A stretch of 64,000 nt of DNA from Gammaproteobacteria bacterium. Lineage in GTDB: Bacteria > Pseudomonadota > Gammaproteobacteria > Steroidobacterales > Rariloculaceae. The stretch covers positions 1,702-65,701 of the forward strand of contig JAYPDM010000005.1 of the NCBI GenBank assembly GCA_038125265.1. Direction: 5' to 3'. Shown one piece after another: positions 27,282 to 38,295 of the stretch. Position 1 is the first letter of the stretch. Each line of letters begins with the position of its first letter. The translations under genes and the position numbers were made by a program. Under the pieces are notes generated by a model that saw nothing but the letters and a program-made list of their open reading frames with translations, did not search any database and was not told the origin of the DNA.

Positions 27282-28649
27282 TTGAATAATCTGATGATTG
27301 AACAGAATAATTTCTCGCTAACAGCAGTCTCCTCAATTGATGGGAGATATCATGACAAGTCTGCAGATCTATCACAGTACTTTTCTGAATATGCCTTAAT
27401 CAAATATCGTGTATTTGTGGAATGCGCATGGCTTAATCATATTTCTCAGTTACCAGAATTCTTATCGTTAAATCCTCATGAGCTTGAGCTTGTTGAGCGA
27501 CTCATGAAAGACTTTACGTTAAAAGATGCAAGCAGGGTAAAGGAAATTGAAAAAATTACTAATCATGATGTTAAGGCAGTTGAATACTTTATTTCAGAAC
27601 AAATTCAAACTGAAAAATTAAAATCTCTTGTTCACTTTGCATGCACCTCAGAGGATATCAACAATCTTGCTTATGCCCTTGCCCTTAATGAATACAGAAG
27701 CAGGACTTTTAATGATAATGTTAATTTGCTTATTGATACGCTTAGAAAGCTTGCGATTGAAACCGCAGAAAATCCAATGTTAAGTTTTACGCATGGTCAA
27801 ATTGCCTCCCCCACAACAATGGGAAAAGAAATTGCAGTCATAATTAACAGACTGAATAGTCAAATCCAACAAATCAACCAAGTTGAGATTCTGGGAAAAA
27901 TAAATGGTGCCGTGGGTAATTTTAACGCCCATATTGCTGCCTATCCTGAATTGGATTGGCCTAAAATATCAGAGCAATTCATAGAGGAGCTTGGACTTAA
28001 ATCCAATCCCTACACCACTCAAATTGAGCCGCATGATTGGATTGCTGAATATTGCCATGGAATGATCAGAATCAATAATATCCTCCAAGATTTTTGTGTC
28101 GATGTTTGGCTTTATATCAGTAAGGGTTACTTTAAGTCTAAGGCAATTAGTACCGAAACTGGATCTTCAACAATGCCCCATAAAGTGAATCCTATAGATT
28201 TTGAAAATGCAGAGGGTAACTTGGGATTATCAGTAGCCTTGTTGGATTATCTTTCTATAAAACTTACCAAATCACGCTTACAGAGAGATTTAACTGACTC
28301 AACAACACTAAGAAATCTGGGAATTGCTTTTGGATATCAGATCATTGCTTTGAAATCACTGCTCAAGGGAATTTCAAAATTAGAACTTAATGAGGAGTTA
28401 ATGCTAGAGCAGCTAAATCAAGAGCCCAGTGTTCTCGCTGAAGCAATACAGACCGTAATGAGAAAGCATGGAATTGCAGATGCTTATGAGCAACTTAAAG
28501 CTTTTACTCGTGGCAAAGAAATAACGCTAGAAAATATCATAGAGTTTATCGATCAAGTAGATATCCCAGAAACTGACAAGGTTAGACTAAAGGCACTTAA
28601 ACCTGAGGACTACATTGGTCTAGCAAAAGATTTAGCTAAGAATATCTAA
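27282..28649 (+). CDS. purB: Adenylosuccinate lyase
   Basis: LTAVSSIDGRYHDK at the N-terminus, NHDVKAVEYF, and signature SSTMPHKVNP. Start is either TTG at 27282 or ATG at 27294. Confidence 0.93.
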   Translation: MNNLMIEQNNFSLTAVSSIDGRYHDKSADLSQYFSEYALIKYRVFVECAWLNHISQLPEFLSLNPHELELVERLMKDFTLKDASRVKEIEKITNHDVKAVEYFISEQIQTEKLKSLVHFACTSEDINNLAYALALNEYRSRTFNDNVNLLIDTLRKLAIETAENPMLSFTHGQIASPTTMGKEIAVIINRLNSQIQQINQVEILGKINGAVGNFNAHIAAYPELDWPKISEQFIEELGLKSNPYTTQIEPHDWIAEYCHGMIRINNILQDFCVDVWLYISKGYFKSKAISTETGSSTMPHKVNPIDFENAEGNLGLSVALLDYLSIKLTKSRLQRDLTDSTTLRNLGIAFGYQIIALKSLLKGISKLELNEELMLEQLNQEPSVLAEAIQTVMRKHGIADAYEQLKAFTRGKEITLENIIEFIDQVDIPETDKVRLKALKPEDYIGLAKDLAKNI

Positions 28650-28657
28650 TTACGATA

Positions 28658-29743
28658 GTGCCTATCACTAAGCTAACTAATCCAATCGTTGCATTATCAG
28701 GTGGCGTAGACTCAGCGGTCGCAGCCTTGCTACTAAAACAACAAGGCCATCAAGTGGAAGCCATTCATATGTCAAACTGGGAAGATGAGGATGGTTACTG
28801 CAGTGCGGCTGAGGACTTACAGTTTGCCAAACAATTCTGCGAACAAAATGACATAGTTATGCACCAAATTAATCTTGAAGAATCCTATAAAAATGAAGTA
28901 TTTACAAAATTTATTGATCTTCTTAAAAAAGGTTATACACCAAACCCTGATATAGGTTGCAATACTTACATTAAGTTTGGTGAGTTAAAGAATTATTCAA
29001 TGAAATTAGGAGGTGGTTGTCTGGTCACAGGACACTACGCAAACATCATCGAACAAAATAACAGGATCGAACTCCATCTGGCTGAGGATCAAAATAAAGA
29101 TCAAACTTACTTTTTGCATGACCTTTGCCAAGATCAACTGCAAAATGTTTTTTTTCCACTCAATAAGATAGATAAAAATGAAGTGAGAAATATAGCAAAT
29201 AAGCATGTCTTACCTATGGCCAATAGAAAAGACAGTACCGGGATATGTTTTATCGGCGAAAGGCCATTTAATGATTTCTTATTAAAGTATATTAAAAAGA
29301 AACCTGGTTATATTGTTGATATTAAAGGTAATATAATTGGTGAACATATAGGTCTGCCTTTCTATACCATTGGGCAAAGACAAGGACTGCATATTGGAGG
29401 AGTCAAAGGTGCAGTCGAGAAGCCATGGTATGTTGCTGAAAAAAACCATGAAAGTAATGAGTTAATGGTTGTGCAAGGAACAGATCATCCAAGACTCTAT
29501 CAATCAAATTTAATCGCAAAAGATATGAACTGGATAAACGGGATTGACGAATCTTTAAATTCTGCCCACGCAAGAATTAGGCATCGTCAGGAGCTTCAAG
29601 CTTGTACGTTTCAAATCCAATCAGATAGTAGGGTTTTAGTAAATTTTAATTCTCCTCAACGTGCTGTAACGCCCGGACAATATATAGTTCTCTACGATGG
29701 ATCCAGGTGCCTAGGAGGTGGCACGATAGATTTTCACTCTTAG
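28658..29743 (+). CDS. mnmA: tRNA 2-thiouridine(34) synthase
   Basis: PP-loop ALSGGVDSAVAA, catalytic-Cys contexts (PNPDIGCN, DSTGICFIG). 361 aa. GTG start. Confidence 0.92.
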   Translation: MPITKLTNPIVALSGGVDSAVAALLLKQQGHQVEAIHMSNWEDEDGYCSAAEDLQFAKQFCEQNDIVMHQINLEESYKNEVFTKFIDLLKKGYTPNPDIGCNTYIKFGELKNYSMKLGGGCLVTGHYANIIEQNNRIELHLAEDQNKDQTYFLHDLCQDQLQNVFFPLNKIDKNEVRNIANKHVLPMANRKDSTGICFIGERPFNDFLLKYIKKKPGYIVDIKGNIIGEHIGLPFYTIGQRQGLHIGGVKGAVEKPWYVAEKNHESNELMVVQGTDHPRLYQSNLIAKDMNWINGIDESLNSAHARIRHRQELQACTFQIQSDSRVLVNFNSPQRAVTPGQYIVLYDGSRCLGGGTIDFHS

Positions 29744-29814
29744 GCCTTATAAAGACAACCTGATCTGGTATAATTCTGCCACAAATAATCTTTAATTTCT
29801 GATCTGGGGAGCTT

Positions 29815-32439
29815 ATGGTTGATTCTTTTAACACGAGACAAGATCTCACTGTAAATGACAAAGTCTATGAGATTTTTAATCTCAACCTGATTGACGATGA
29901 AAAGGTGAGAACTTTACCTTATTCTTTGAAAATTCTTTTAGAAAACCTATTAAGATTTGAAGACGGTATAAACATCAAAGAAAGCGACATTAGAGCTTTA
30001 ATTAACTGGGACCCTCAGGCCACTCCTGATAAAGAGATCTCCTTTACCCCAGCTCGTGTCATCTTACAAGATTTCACTGGTGTTCCAGCTGTAGTCGATT
30101 TAGCAGCAATGCGTGAAGCAGTCACTAAAATGGGTGGTGACGCATCAAAAATTAATCCCCTCTCACCTGCTGAACTTGTCATTGATCACTCTGTGCAGGT
30201 AGATAATTTTGGTTCAGAAGATGCCCTTAAGAAAAATACAGAAATTGAATTTGAAAGAAATAATGAAAGATACTCTTTTTTAAAGTGGGGTCAACAAGCA
30301 TTTGACAACTTTAAGGTTGTGCCTCCTAGCACTGGAATTGTGCATCAAGTGAACCTTGAGTATCTTAGTAGAGTTGTATTCAACAAAAGTTCAGATGGTA
30401 AAATGCTTGCATATCCTGATACCTTGGTAGGTACAGACTCACATACCACCATGATTAACGGCTTGGGTATTGTTGGTTGGGGTGTAGGTGGAATCGAAGC
30501 TGAGGCTGCAATGCTTGGTCAACCAATCACTATGCTTATCCCACAAGTCATTGGATTTAAATTATCCGGACAACTCCCTGAAGGTTCGACTGCTACAGAT
30601 CTAGTTCTTACCGTCACTGAGATCTTGAGAAAATATGGAGTTGTGGGGAAATTTGTTGAATTTTTTGGCCCAGGACTTAGCGAATTACCCCTGGCTGATA
30701 GAGCGACCTTAGGAAATATGTCGCCTGAATTTGGTAGTACCTGTGCTGTTTTTCCTATCGATGACGAAACTATTAGTTATCTATCTTTATCAGGCAGAGA
30801 ACAGGATCAAATTGATCTTGTTGAGCAATACGCCAAAGCAACCGGCCTTTGGGGTTCAAATGAGGATGCCAGATACTCTGATGTCATTGAGCTCAATATG
30901 TCAGACATTGTTCCTAGTCTTGCAGGCCCAAAGAGGCCTCAAGACAGGATATTGCTCTCTGCTGCCTCGCAAACATTTAATGAACTAACAAAAGATTCTC
31001 CAACTAGAGATCACCAAGGCAAGCTAAAAGATGGAGATGTCTTAATCGCTGCTATTACAAGCTGCACAAATACTTCAAATCCTGCAGTCATGGTGGCAGC
31101 TGGTTTGCTTGCTCAAAAAGCAAATCAACTGGGCCTCAAAACCAAACCATGGGTTAAAACTTCGCTCGCCCCAGGCTCTAAAGTAGTCTCAGATTATCTC
31201 AAAGAGGCTAATCTTTTAGGTGATTTAGAGGGTCTTGGTTTTAATATCGTTGGTTATGGCTGTACGACATGTATTGGTAACTCAGGACCCCTGCCCTCTG
31301 ATATAGAAAGCAGTGTAAGGGATGAAGACATAGTCAGTTGTTCAGTAGTCTCAGGTAACAGAAATTTCGAAGGCAGGATTCATCCTCTTGTAAAAATGAA
31401 TTTCTTGGCATCTCCGCCTCTTGTGGTGGCATATGCATTAGCTGGCAATCTTAAAATCGACCTACTCTCAGACGCAATTGGTCAAAATAATAATGGCGAA
31501 GATGTATATCTTAAAGATATTTGGCCGAGTGCACATGAAGTACAAAATATTTTAAATAAGCACATCAATGCAAATATGTTTAACTCTAGCTATCAAGGTG
31601 TATTTGATGGGGATGATAATTGGCAATCAGTTAATTCTCCAAAAGGCCAAACCTATAGCTGGGATAATGAATCCACTTATGTTAAAAATCCTCCTTACTT
31701 CGATGGAATGACGGATGATCTTTTAATTTTAGATACGATCAATCAAGCAAGGGTGCTGGCCAAGCTTGGAGACTCTGTCACAACTGACCACATATCACCC
31801 GCTGGATCCATTGCTAAAGACAGTCCTGCTGCGATTTATTTAAGGGATCGCGGTGTTGCTGATAAAGATTTTAATTCCTACGGTTCTAGAAGAGGCAACC
31901 ATGAAGTCATGATGAGAGGAACATTTGCTAATATTCGTCTTAAAAATCAACTGCTTGATGGCGTTGAGGGAGGCTACACTCTACATATCCCATCTGGGAA
32001 ACAAATGCCTATTTTTGATGCATCAGAGGCATACAGACAAAGCAATACCCCATTGATCATTCTTGGTGGTAAAGAGTATGGTTCTGGCTCATCAAGAGAC
32101 TGGGCTGCAAAAGGAACAAAGCTTCTTGGGGTATCTGCAGTAATAGCAGAAAGCTATGAGAGAATCCATCGATCCAATCTGATTGGTATGGGTGTATTAC
32201 CTCTACAATACCTAGATGGTCAAAATGCTGCTTCACTTGGAATTTCTGGTTTCGAGACTTTTAATATTAGTAATATTAAATCTGGAGAGAGCAAACTGGT
32301 GAACGTAGAAGCAACAAGCGATGATGGATCCAAAATATCGTTTGATGCAAAAGTACGAATTGATACCCCTAAGGAAATTGAGTACTTCCAGCATGGTGGA
32401 ATTCTTCAGTATGTTTTAAGACAATTGATTCGAAGCTAA
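29815..32439 (+). CDS. acnA: Aconitate hydratase A
   Basis: 874 aa. VGTDSHTTM, the cluster cysteines in [10 protein letters not shown] and [10 protein letters not shown], and a C-terminal swivel domain. Confidence 0.95.
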   Translation: MVDSFNTRQDLTVNDKVYEIFNLNLIDDEKVRTLPYSLKILLENLLRFEDGINIKESDIRALINWDPQATPDKEISFTPARVILQDFTGVPAVVDLAAMREAVTKMGGDASKINPLSPAELVIDHSVQVDNFGSEDALKKNTEIEFERNNERYSFLKWGQQAFDNFKVVPPSTGIVHQVNLEYLSRVVFNKSSDGKMLAYPDTLVGTDSHTTMINGLGIVGWGVGGIEAEAAMLGQPITMLIPQVIGFKLSGQLPEGSTATDLVLTVTEILRKYGVVGKFVEFFGPGLSELPLADRATLGNMSPEFGSTCAVFPIDDETISYLSLSGREQDQIDLVEQYAKATGLWGSNEDARYSDVIELNMSDIVPSLAGPKRPQDRILLSAASQTFNELTKDSPTRDHQGKLKDGDVLIAAITSCTNTSNPAVMVAAGLLAQKANQLGLKTKPWVKTSLAPGSKVVSDYLKEANLLGDLEGLGFNIVGYGCTTCIGNSGPLPSDIESSVRDEDIVSCSVVSGNRNFEGRIHPLVKMNFLASPPLVVAYALAGNLKIDLLSDAIGQNNNGEDVYLKDIWPSAHEVQNILNKHINANMFNSSYQGVFDGDDNWQSVNSPKGQTYSWDNESTYVKNPPYFDGMTDDLLILDTINQARVLAKLGDSVTTDHISPAGSIAKDSPAAIYLRDRGVADKDFNSYGSRRGNHEVMMRGTFANIRLKNQLLDGVEGGYTLHIPSGKQMPIFDASEAYRQSNTPLIILGGKEYGSGSSRDWAAKGTKLLGVSAVIAESYERIHRSNLIGMGVLPLQYLDGQNAASLGISGFETFNISNIKSGESKLVNVEATSDDGSKISFDAKVRIDTPKEIEYFQHGGILQYVLRQLIRS

Positions 32440-32475
32440 GTAATATGTAATCATTATATGATCCAGGGGACATAT

Positions 32476-33492
32476 ATGAATAAAAGAAAATTTCTTAAAG
32501 CGTCTGCATTAGCTGCCACAGCGTCAGCCTTGCCTCAATTGCATAAACCTTTATTTGCTCAAAATCTTTCAGGGCCACCCTATGAGATTGTGATGGGCGG
32601 TTATGGACCTTCAACCACAGGTTTCAGTGCCGCACTCAGAGAAGTCGGCAGTCATCTAGAGAATGTTTTTGGGGATGAGGTAGATGTAAGGTATGTTTAC
32701 AACATCATGGACTTAGGCTATCAAGGTAGTGATATTTTATGGCTTGTAGAGAACGGTTTGCTAACACTCGGCTATCAATCAAGCAGTTATATGACCAATC
32801 GAGTCCAAGAACTGATGATTGCTGATCTCCCTTTTTTATTTAATACAGGCGAAGATGCTAGAAATGCAATGGACGGTGATTTGGGAAGCATGCTTGCTAC
32901 CGCTATCGAGAACAATATGAATTACCGTATTTTAGGATACTTTGAGAATGGATTTAGGCATATTTCGAACAGATTAAGACCAATACATTCATTAGAGGAT
33001 CTTGCGGATTTGCATATCAGGGTTCTTCCGAGCCAGATTCTTTATGACACATTTGTCCAATTAGGGGCCAATCCTGAGATTATGGACCTGTCTGATGCAT
33101 TAAGAAGAATTCCAGCAGGCTTAATTGATGCACAAGAAAACCCATTGGCCAATACTGTCACGTATGGAATACACAATTATCATAAATTTCATACCATCAC
33201 CAATCATGCCTATTTATCAAGACCAATTTTTTTCCATAAACAAACCTTTGATAGTTGGCCTATTGAGCTTCAAGAGGAAATGCAAAATGCTATTACAAAT
33301 GCTGTTGCCTACCAGCGAAACCTACACGATGAGGAAGAGCTTGATGCTGCTAGAGTCATTGAGGAGACGGGTGGTGAGATTATTACGCTTACAGGCGATG
33401 AAATAGAACCATTCAGAAACGCAATAGAGCCATTATATAGCCAAGCAAGGGACATTCACTCTGAATTGCTTATAAGTGCTGCCGGCATTTAA
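32476..33492 (+). CDS. Orphan TRAP-type (DctP-family) substrate-binding protein with a Tat-like signal
   Basis: MNKRKFLKASALAATASALPQL..AQ signal, with an AGGGGA Shine-Dalgarno 6 nt upstream of this ATG. DctP-like body. No dctQ/dctM adjacent. Confidence 0.75.
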   Translation: MNKRKFLKASALAATASALPQLHKPLFAQNLSGPPYEIVMGGYGPSTTGFSAALREVGSHLENVFGDEVDVRYVYNIMDLGYQGSDILWLVENGLLTLGYQSSSYMTNRVQELMIADLPFLFNTGEDARNAMDGDLGSMLATAIENNMNYRILGYFENGFRHISNRLRPIHSLEDLADLHIRVLPSQILYDTFVQLGANPEIMDLSDALRRIPAGLIDAQENPLANTVTYGIHNYHKFHTITNHAYLSRPIFFHKQTFDSWPIELQEEMQNAITNAVAYQRNLHDEEELDAARVIEETGGEIITLTGDEIEPFRNAIEPLYSQARDIHSELLISAAGI

Positions 33493-33746
33493 TGAATGAT
33501 GAGGTTTTTTTAAAGCGACTTGAGAAGGAAGCTGAAAGACAAGAGGCATTTGAGCATGAGCTTTTAAAAACGGCTGCTCTTAGAAAACTGTTTTTTATAG
33601 AATTCGGCTACAATCCTGTTACTCATGAACAACTATTTGTATGGGGGAAAGATAAATTCCCTAATTCTATTGACCCCTATAGCGTTCTGACTCAGGATGA
33701 AATTGTTCAGGTTTGGGAGGATGCCGAAGATCCAAAGTTACAATAA
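33492..33746 (+). CDS. Hypothetical cytoplasmic protein (84 aa)
   Basis: TAATG-coupled to the binding-protein gene. Acidic, helical N-terminus. No family recognised. Confidence 0.4.
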   Translation: MNDEVFLKRLEKEAERQEAFEHELLKTAALRKLFFIEFGYNPVTHEQLFVWGKDKFPNSIDPYSVLTQDEIVQVWEDAEDPKLQ

Positions 33747-34533
33747 TAAACTTATAGATATTGGTTTAAATCTAACCCACCCCTCCTTGATTGATCGTTA
33801 TGAGTCAATAATTAATGACGCATATGATGTAGGCGTGAATTATTTCATATTAACTGGGTCGGATTATAACAGCTCTGTTGAATCATATAATTTAGCAAAA
33901 AATAATAAGTTATTTTTTTCTACAGCTGGCATCCATCCTCACTACGCAGATACATACAATAACAATGATTTCAGAATCATCGAAGAGCTATCATCAAAGC
34001 ATAAGGTAGTAGCGGTTGGCGAGTGCGGTCTAGATTTTCATCGAAATTTATCATCAAAAATAAATCAAATTAATTGTTTGCAAGCACATTTGGTGCTCGC
34101 TAATGAAATCAATAAACCACTTTTCTTGCATCAAAGGGATGCACACATGGAATTGTATGAGAATTTAATCGATTTCAAAGTGAATAAGGGAGTTCTGCAT
34201 TGTTTTACTGAAGATAAAAACACAATGAAACAGTATCTAGATTTAAATTTATATATTGGTATTACAGGCTGGCTATGCGACCCTCAAAGAGGTCAAGAGT
34301 TAAGAGAAGCAGTGAAATACCTTCCAATTGAGTCTTTACTTGTGGAGACAGATGCTCCCTACCTTCTTCCAAAGGACTTGGCAATTAAGCCAAAAGATAG
34401 AATCAATTTACCTCAATTCTTACCGCATATTGTGCAGCGTATTGCTGAGATAAAAAAAATAGAAATAGAATTGCTTATCGCTCAAATATACAAAAACACA
34501 CTTAATTGCTTTGGTTTAACTGATGACGCTTAA
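33721..34533 (+). CDS. tatD: TatD-family metal-dependent hydrolase/DNase
   Basis: LIDIGLNLTH, GECGLDFHR, FLHQRDA, HCFT and VETDAPYL motifs. Start at 33721 or 33697. Confidence 0.85.
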   Translation: MPKIQSYNNKLIDIGLNLTHPSLIDRYESIINDAYDVGVNYFILTGSDYNSSVESYNLAKNNKLFFSTAGIHPHYADTYNNNDFRIIEELSSKHKVVAVGECGLDFHRNLSSKINQINCLQAHLVLANEINKPLFLHQRDAHMELYENLIDFKVNKGVLHCFTEDKNTMKQYLDLNLYIGITGWLCDPQRGQELREAVKYLPIESLLVETDAPYLLPKDLAIKPKDRINLPQFLPHIVQRIAEIKKIEIELLIAQIYKNTLNCFGLTDDA

Positions 34534-35806
34534 TTGCACTCAATGTTTTTTCTATATCATTTTCTAAAGGTTCATAAAAAGAAGGAAGATTTTCAATTTC
34601 TCGCATGGCATCACAAATCGGAACTGGAATATCCGTAGCCCTCATTACAATTTCATCAAACTTGCATGGATGTGCAGTACCAACTAAAACGACATGCTGA
34701 TCCTCAAGTTTTAATTTTTGTCTTGCGATAAAAGCAGTTGCGGTGTGAGGACAAATCATTTCACCAAATTCTTTAAAAACACTAGAAATTTGATCATAGA
34801 TTTCTTGGTCGCTGGCAGCATTGACAGAAAATAAATTTTTATTCTCAAAAGCGTTTGGATTCATAGAAACTAATCTTTCAAAGTTACTGGGATCGCCGAC
34901 ATCCATCGCATTTGCTATCGTAGCAACAGAGGGCCTTGGATTATAAGAGTGACTTTCAAAGTATTCAGATAAGGTTTTATTATTGTTAGTTGCAAAGACA
35001 ATGCCTGAAATTGGAAAACCCATCTCCCTTGCCCAGTAGCAAGCCAATGCATTTCCAAGGTTGCCTGTAGGCACAATAAAATTATGAGCCTCTCCAGTTA
35101 TTCTATACAAATGCAAAGCAGTGTAAGCATGGTAGATCGATTGCGGCAAAAGCCTTGCTATATTAATGCTATTTGCCGAACCAAAGTCAAAAGTGGATGC
35201 ATGCTCTGTCATTAATGTTTTTGCCATTTTTTGGCAATCATCAAAAGTACCCTCAATCTCAAGTGATAAGATATTTCCACCCCAGCAGGTAAGTTGTGAT
35301 TTTTGCCTTTCAGATACCAAGCCTTTAGGGAATAAAATAACTATATTAAAACCTTTCTTCTTAAAAAAGGCTGATGCTACAGCTCCTCCTGTATCTCCAG
35401 AGGTAGCAACAATGATGGTTTTAAGGATTTGATCAGATACCCGAGAAAATTCTAGGAAATTTGCTAAAAATTTTGCCCCAAAGTCCTTAAATGCAGCAGT
35501 GGGACCATGAAAAAGCTCTAATAAATATAATTTTTCTGAAAGATTCTTAAAGTGAAGAGGGAAATCAAAGGTTTTGGCACATATCGTTGCAAAATCATTA
35601 GGTTGTATTTCATCAGAAAAAAAAGGATACAAAACATTAAATGCAAACTCATCTAATGAGAGATCATAGAGATTTTTAAAAGAATCTTCTTTAAATTGAG
35701 GGAAGGACTCTGGTAAAAATAATCCGCCATCTGGGGCAATTCCGAGACTTATCGCTTCACTCATTGTATAGAAGTTATTTTTTTCTCGGGTTGAAAAAAC
35801 CTTCAT
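34502..35806 (-). CDS. thrC: Threonine synthase
   Basis: 434 aa, E. coli-type ThrC. PLP-lysine context FHGPTAAFKDFGA, then ATSGDTGGA. Confidence 0.92.
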   Translation of the reverse strand: MKVFSTREKNNFYTMSEAISLGIAPDGGLFLPESFPQFKEDSFKNLYDLSLDEFAFNVLYPFFSDEIQPNDFATICAKTFDFPLHFKNLSEKLYLLELFHGPTAAFKDFGAKFLANFLEFSRVSDQILKTIIVATSGDTGGAVASAFFKKKGFNIVILFPKGLVSERQKSQLTCWGGNILSLEIEGTFDDCQKMAKTLMTEHASTFDFGSANSINIARLLPQSIYHAYTALHLYRITGEAHNFIVPTGNLGNALACYWAREMGFPISGIVFATNNNKTLSEYFESHSYNPRPSVATIANAMDVGDPSNFERLVSMNPNAFENKNLFSVNAASDQEIYDQISSVFKEFGEMICPHTATAFIARQKLKLEDQHVVLVGTAHPCKFDEIVMRATDIPVPICDAMREIENLPSFYEPLENDIEKTLSAIKRHQLNQSN

Positions 35807-35808
35807 CT

Positions 35809-38295
35809 TTAACTCTCAATAGGTTTAAAGTTCCCTAAACTATCAGCTATAGTGATGATGTCCGCAAACAAGCCTGAAGCAGTAACCTCAGGCCCAGCGC
35901 CTGGACCAATGATATTTAATGGATTTACATTGTATCTTTTAGTCCTAAATTGAAAAATATTATCTGTTAAATTTAAATTAAGGAATGGATGAGGATGCTT
36001 AACAGCTTGTAACCCTACTGTGTATTTCCTCTTCTCAAGATTTAAGTTAGCAACAAACCTTAATTTATAGTCTTGCGAGCCAATTAATGAACCATGTATG
36101 GCATCAATATGACTATCTAATTCAGCAGCATTAGTTAAAAAGCTATCTAAATCTTGCTTTTGCATACTTTGAGGCACTAAATTTTGGACCACAATATCAT
36201 CAATCTCTATTTCATGAAGGCACTCCCTTGCTAAGATAACAGCTTTTCTAGCAACGTCCATTCCTGATAAGTCTAGTCTTGGGTCTGGCTCAGTAAAGCC
36301 TTTATTTTTTGCATCAATCAAAATTTTAGAGAATGAATTATTACCATCATATAGATTAAATAAATACCCTAATGTGCCAGAGAAAATTCCACTAATCTCA
36401 AGTATTTCATCTCCAGAATTAATTAAATTTTGGAGTGATTTTATTACAGGCAACCCTGCTCCTACTGTTGCTTCATATAAAAACTGAAATCCTAAATTTT
36501 TTGAAATTTGTTTTAGTTCTCTGTAATTCTCATAGTTACTTGAATGGGCTATCTTATTCGCAGTCACCACATGCATCCCATCATTCATCCAACGCTGATA
36601 GCTATTTGCAATTTTTTCGCTTGCTGTACAGTCGACAATAATAGAATGAGGTAAATGATCTGCTTTTATATGATCAGTAAATAATTGCATGTCATAGTTT
36701 TCGCCTTGCGATTTACTCAGCTCATCTATGTCATTTGAATTGATTTCTTCTGAAAGTTTCATAAATTTACTATTTGCAATCGCTCTAATCTGTAAATTTA
36801 TATTTTTAAAATTATGAAGATTATTTAGCTGATCCTTAATTTGGCCAATGAGCTCTTTGCCAACATTGCCAATGCCGATAATACCAAGGGAAATCGATTT
36901 TTCTGAAAGATAAAAGCTTGAATGGACTGCATTTATGGCCTTATTCAGTTGCTCTGCTTTAATAACTACTGAAATATTACGCTCAGATGATCCCTGGGCA
37001 ATGGCTTTAATATTGATTGCAGCGTTACCCAAGCTTGCAAAAAACTTGGCAGAGACCCCATGCGTGCCTGCCATGCCATTACCTACAATTGCTAAAATTG
37101 CACATTCACTCTCACTCTTAATATTAGAGATAAGATTTAAATTAAGCTCATGATGAAACTCTTTTTCAATTAAGCTCTTTGCATGGCTCGCATCTTGTTC
37201 TCTCACGGCACAACAAATCGAATGCTCAGAGCTGCCCTGGGAGATCATTAATACAGAAATACCGCCCAGTCTTAAGGCGTCAAAGAGCCTACTTGCAGTG
37301 CCTGGAACACCTATCATTCCTGCCCCCGCGAGTGTCACGAGTGCTATCTTCTCTATTCCAGTTACTCCTTTTACAATTAATTTTACTTTATCCTCTGATC
37401 GCTGGATGATGGTACCTGGATCGCTAGGATTAAAGACATTCTTTATATAAATAGGTATATCAAACTCCATCGCTGGTGCCATAGTCTTAGGGTGCAGTAT
37501 CTTTGCACCGTAATAAGAAAGCTCCATACATTCATCGTAGGTTAATGAACTAATAACTTTTGAATCCTTGACGATCCGCGGGTCTGCGCTCATAACGCCA
37601 GAAACATCCTTCCAAAATGTTAAGCTGTTAGCTTGAACCAACTTGGCAATTATTGACGCAGTAAAATCGGTACCATTTCTTCCTAGCGTGCTTTGAATAC
37701 CATCTTTATTGAGTGATATAAAACCAGTCAAAATATAGATATCAATATCGGTAAAATTTACCAAACCATTAAATTTACTTTGCGTAACTGACCAAATAGG
37801 TGAGACACCCATATCAGTGTTTTCTGTGACAAGAAAGTCTCTTGCATCAAGAAATTTAACTCTCTTTTGAGTATGCTTAGCAAAGATTTTTGTCAGTAAC
37901 TGAGCCGACCATATTTCGCCATAACCTAAAATTTTTTCTTGAGAATGAAAAGGCACTTTATGCAAATCTTTAACTGATGCCAAAATATCCCTAATATCTT
38001 GGATATCGCTTTTAAAGCTTTCAATACCAATATCTAGCTCAGATTTAAGGTAATGACTTGAAATACTTTCATGAATTGATGATATTTCTGATAGATTTTG
38101 ATCGAGAGATTCGCCTGACTCAGCCAAGTCAATCAATCTTTGTAATTTATCTGTCACACCATAAAAAGCTGAGACCACATAAATGCTCTGTGAGACATTC
38201 TTATGATCAGCAAGCGAGAGAATTTTATCGATGGAATCAATATCTACTAAGGTACTTCCACCAAATTTATGAACAGCACAATTCATATCAATCAA
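35809..38295 (-). CDS. thrA: Bifunctional aspartokinase / homoserine dehydrogenase
   Basis: 828 aa. N-terminal AK (VHKFGGSTL), central ACT repeats, and a C-terminal HSD with LGIIGIGNVGKEL. Confidence 0.93.
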   Translation of the reverse strand: MIDMNCAVHKFGGSTLVDIDSIDKILSLADHKNVSQSIYVVSAFYGVTDKLQRLIDLAESGESLDQNLSEISSIHESISSHYLKSELDIGIESFKSDIQDIRDILASVKDLHKVPFHSQEKILGYGEIWSAQLLTKIFAKHTQKRVKFLDARDFLVTENTDMGVSPIWSVTQSKFNGLVNFTDIDIYILTGFISLNKDGIQSTLGRNGTDFTASIIAKLVQANSLTFWKDVSGVMSADPRIVKDSKVISSLTYDECMELSYYGAKILHPKTMAPAMEFDIPIYIKNVFNPSDPGTIIQRSEDKVKLIVKGVTGIEKIALVTLAGAGMIGVPGTASRLFDALRLGGISVLMISQGSSEHSICCAVREQDASHAKSLIEKEFHHELNLNLISNIKSESECAILAIVGNGMAGTHGVSAKFFASLGNAAINIKAIAQGSSERNISVVIKAEQLNKAINAVHSSFYLSEKSISLGIIGIGNVGKELIGQIKDQLNNLHNFKNINLQIRAIANSKFMKLSEEINSNDIDELSKSQGENYDMQLFTDHIKADHLPHSIIVDCTASEKIANSYQRWMNDGMHVVTANKIAHSSNYENYRELKQISKNLGFQFLYEATVGAGLPVIKSLQNLINSGDEILEISGIFSGTLGYLFNLYDGNNSFSKILIDAKNKGFTEPDPRLDLSGMDVARKAVILARECLHEIEIDDIVVQNLVPQSMQKQDLDSFLTNAAELDSHIDAIHGSLIGSQDYKLRFVANLNLEKRKYTVGLQAVKHPHPFLNLNLTDNIFQFRTKRYNVNPLNIIGPGAGPEVTASGLFADIITIADSLGNFKPIES

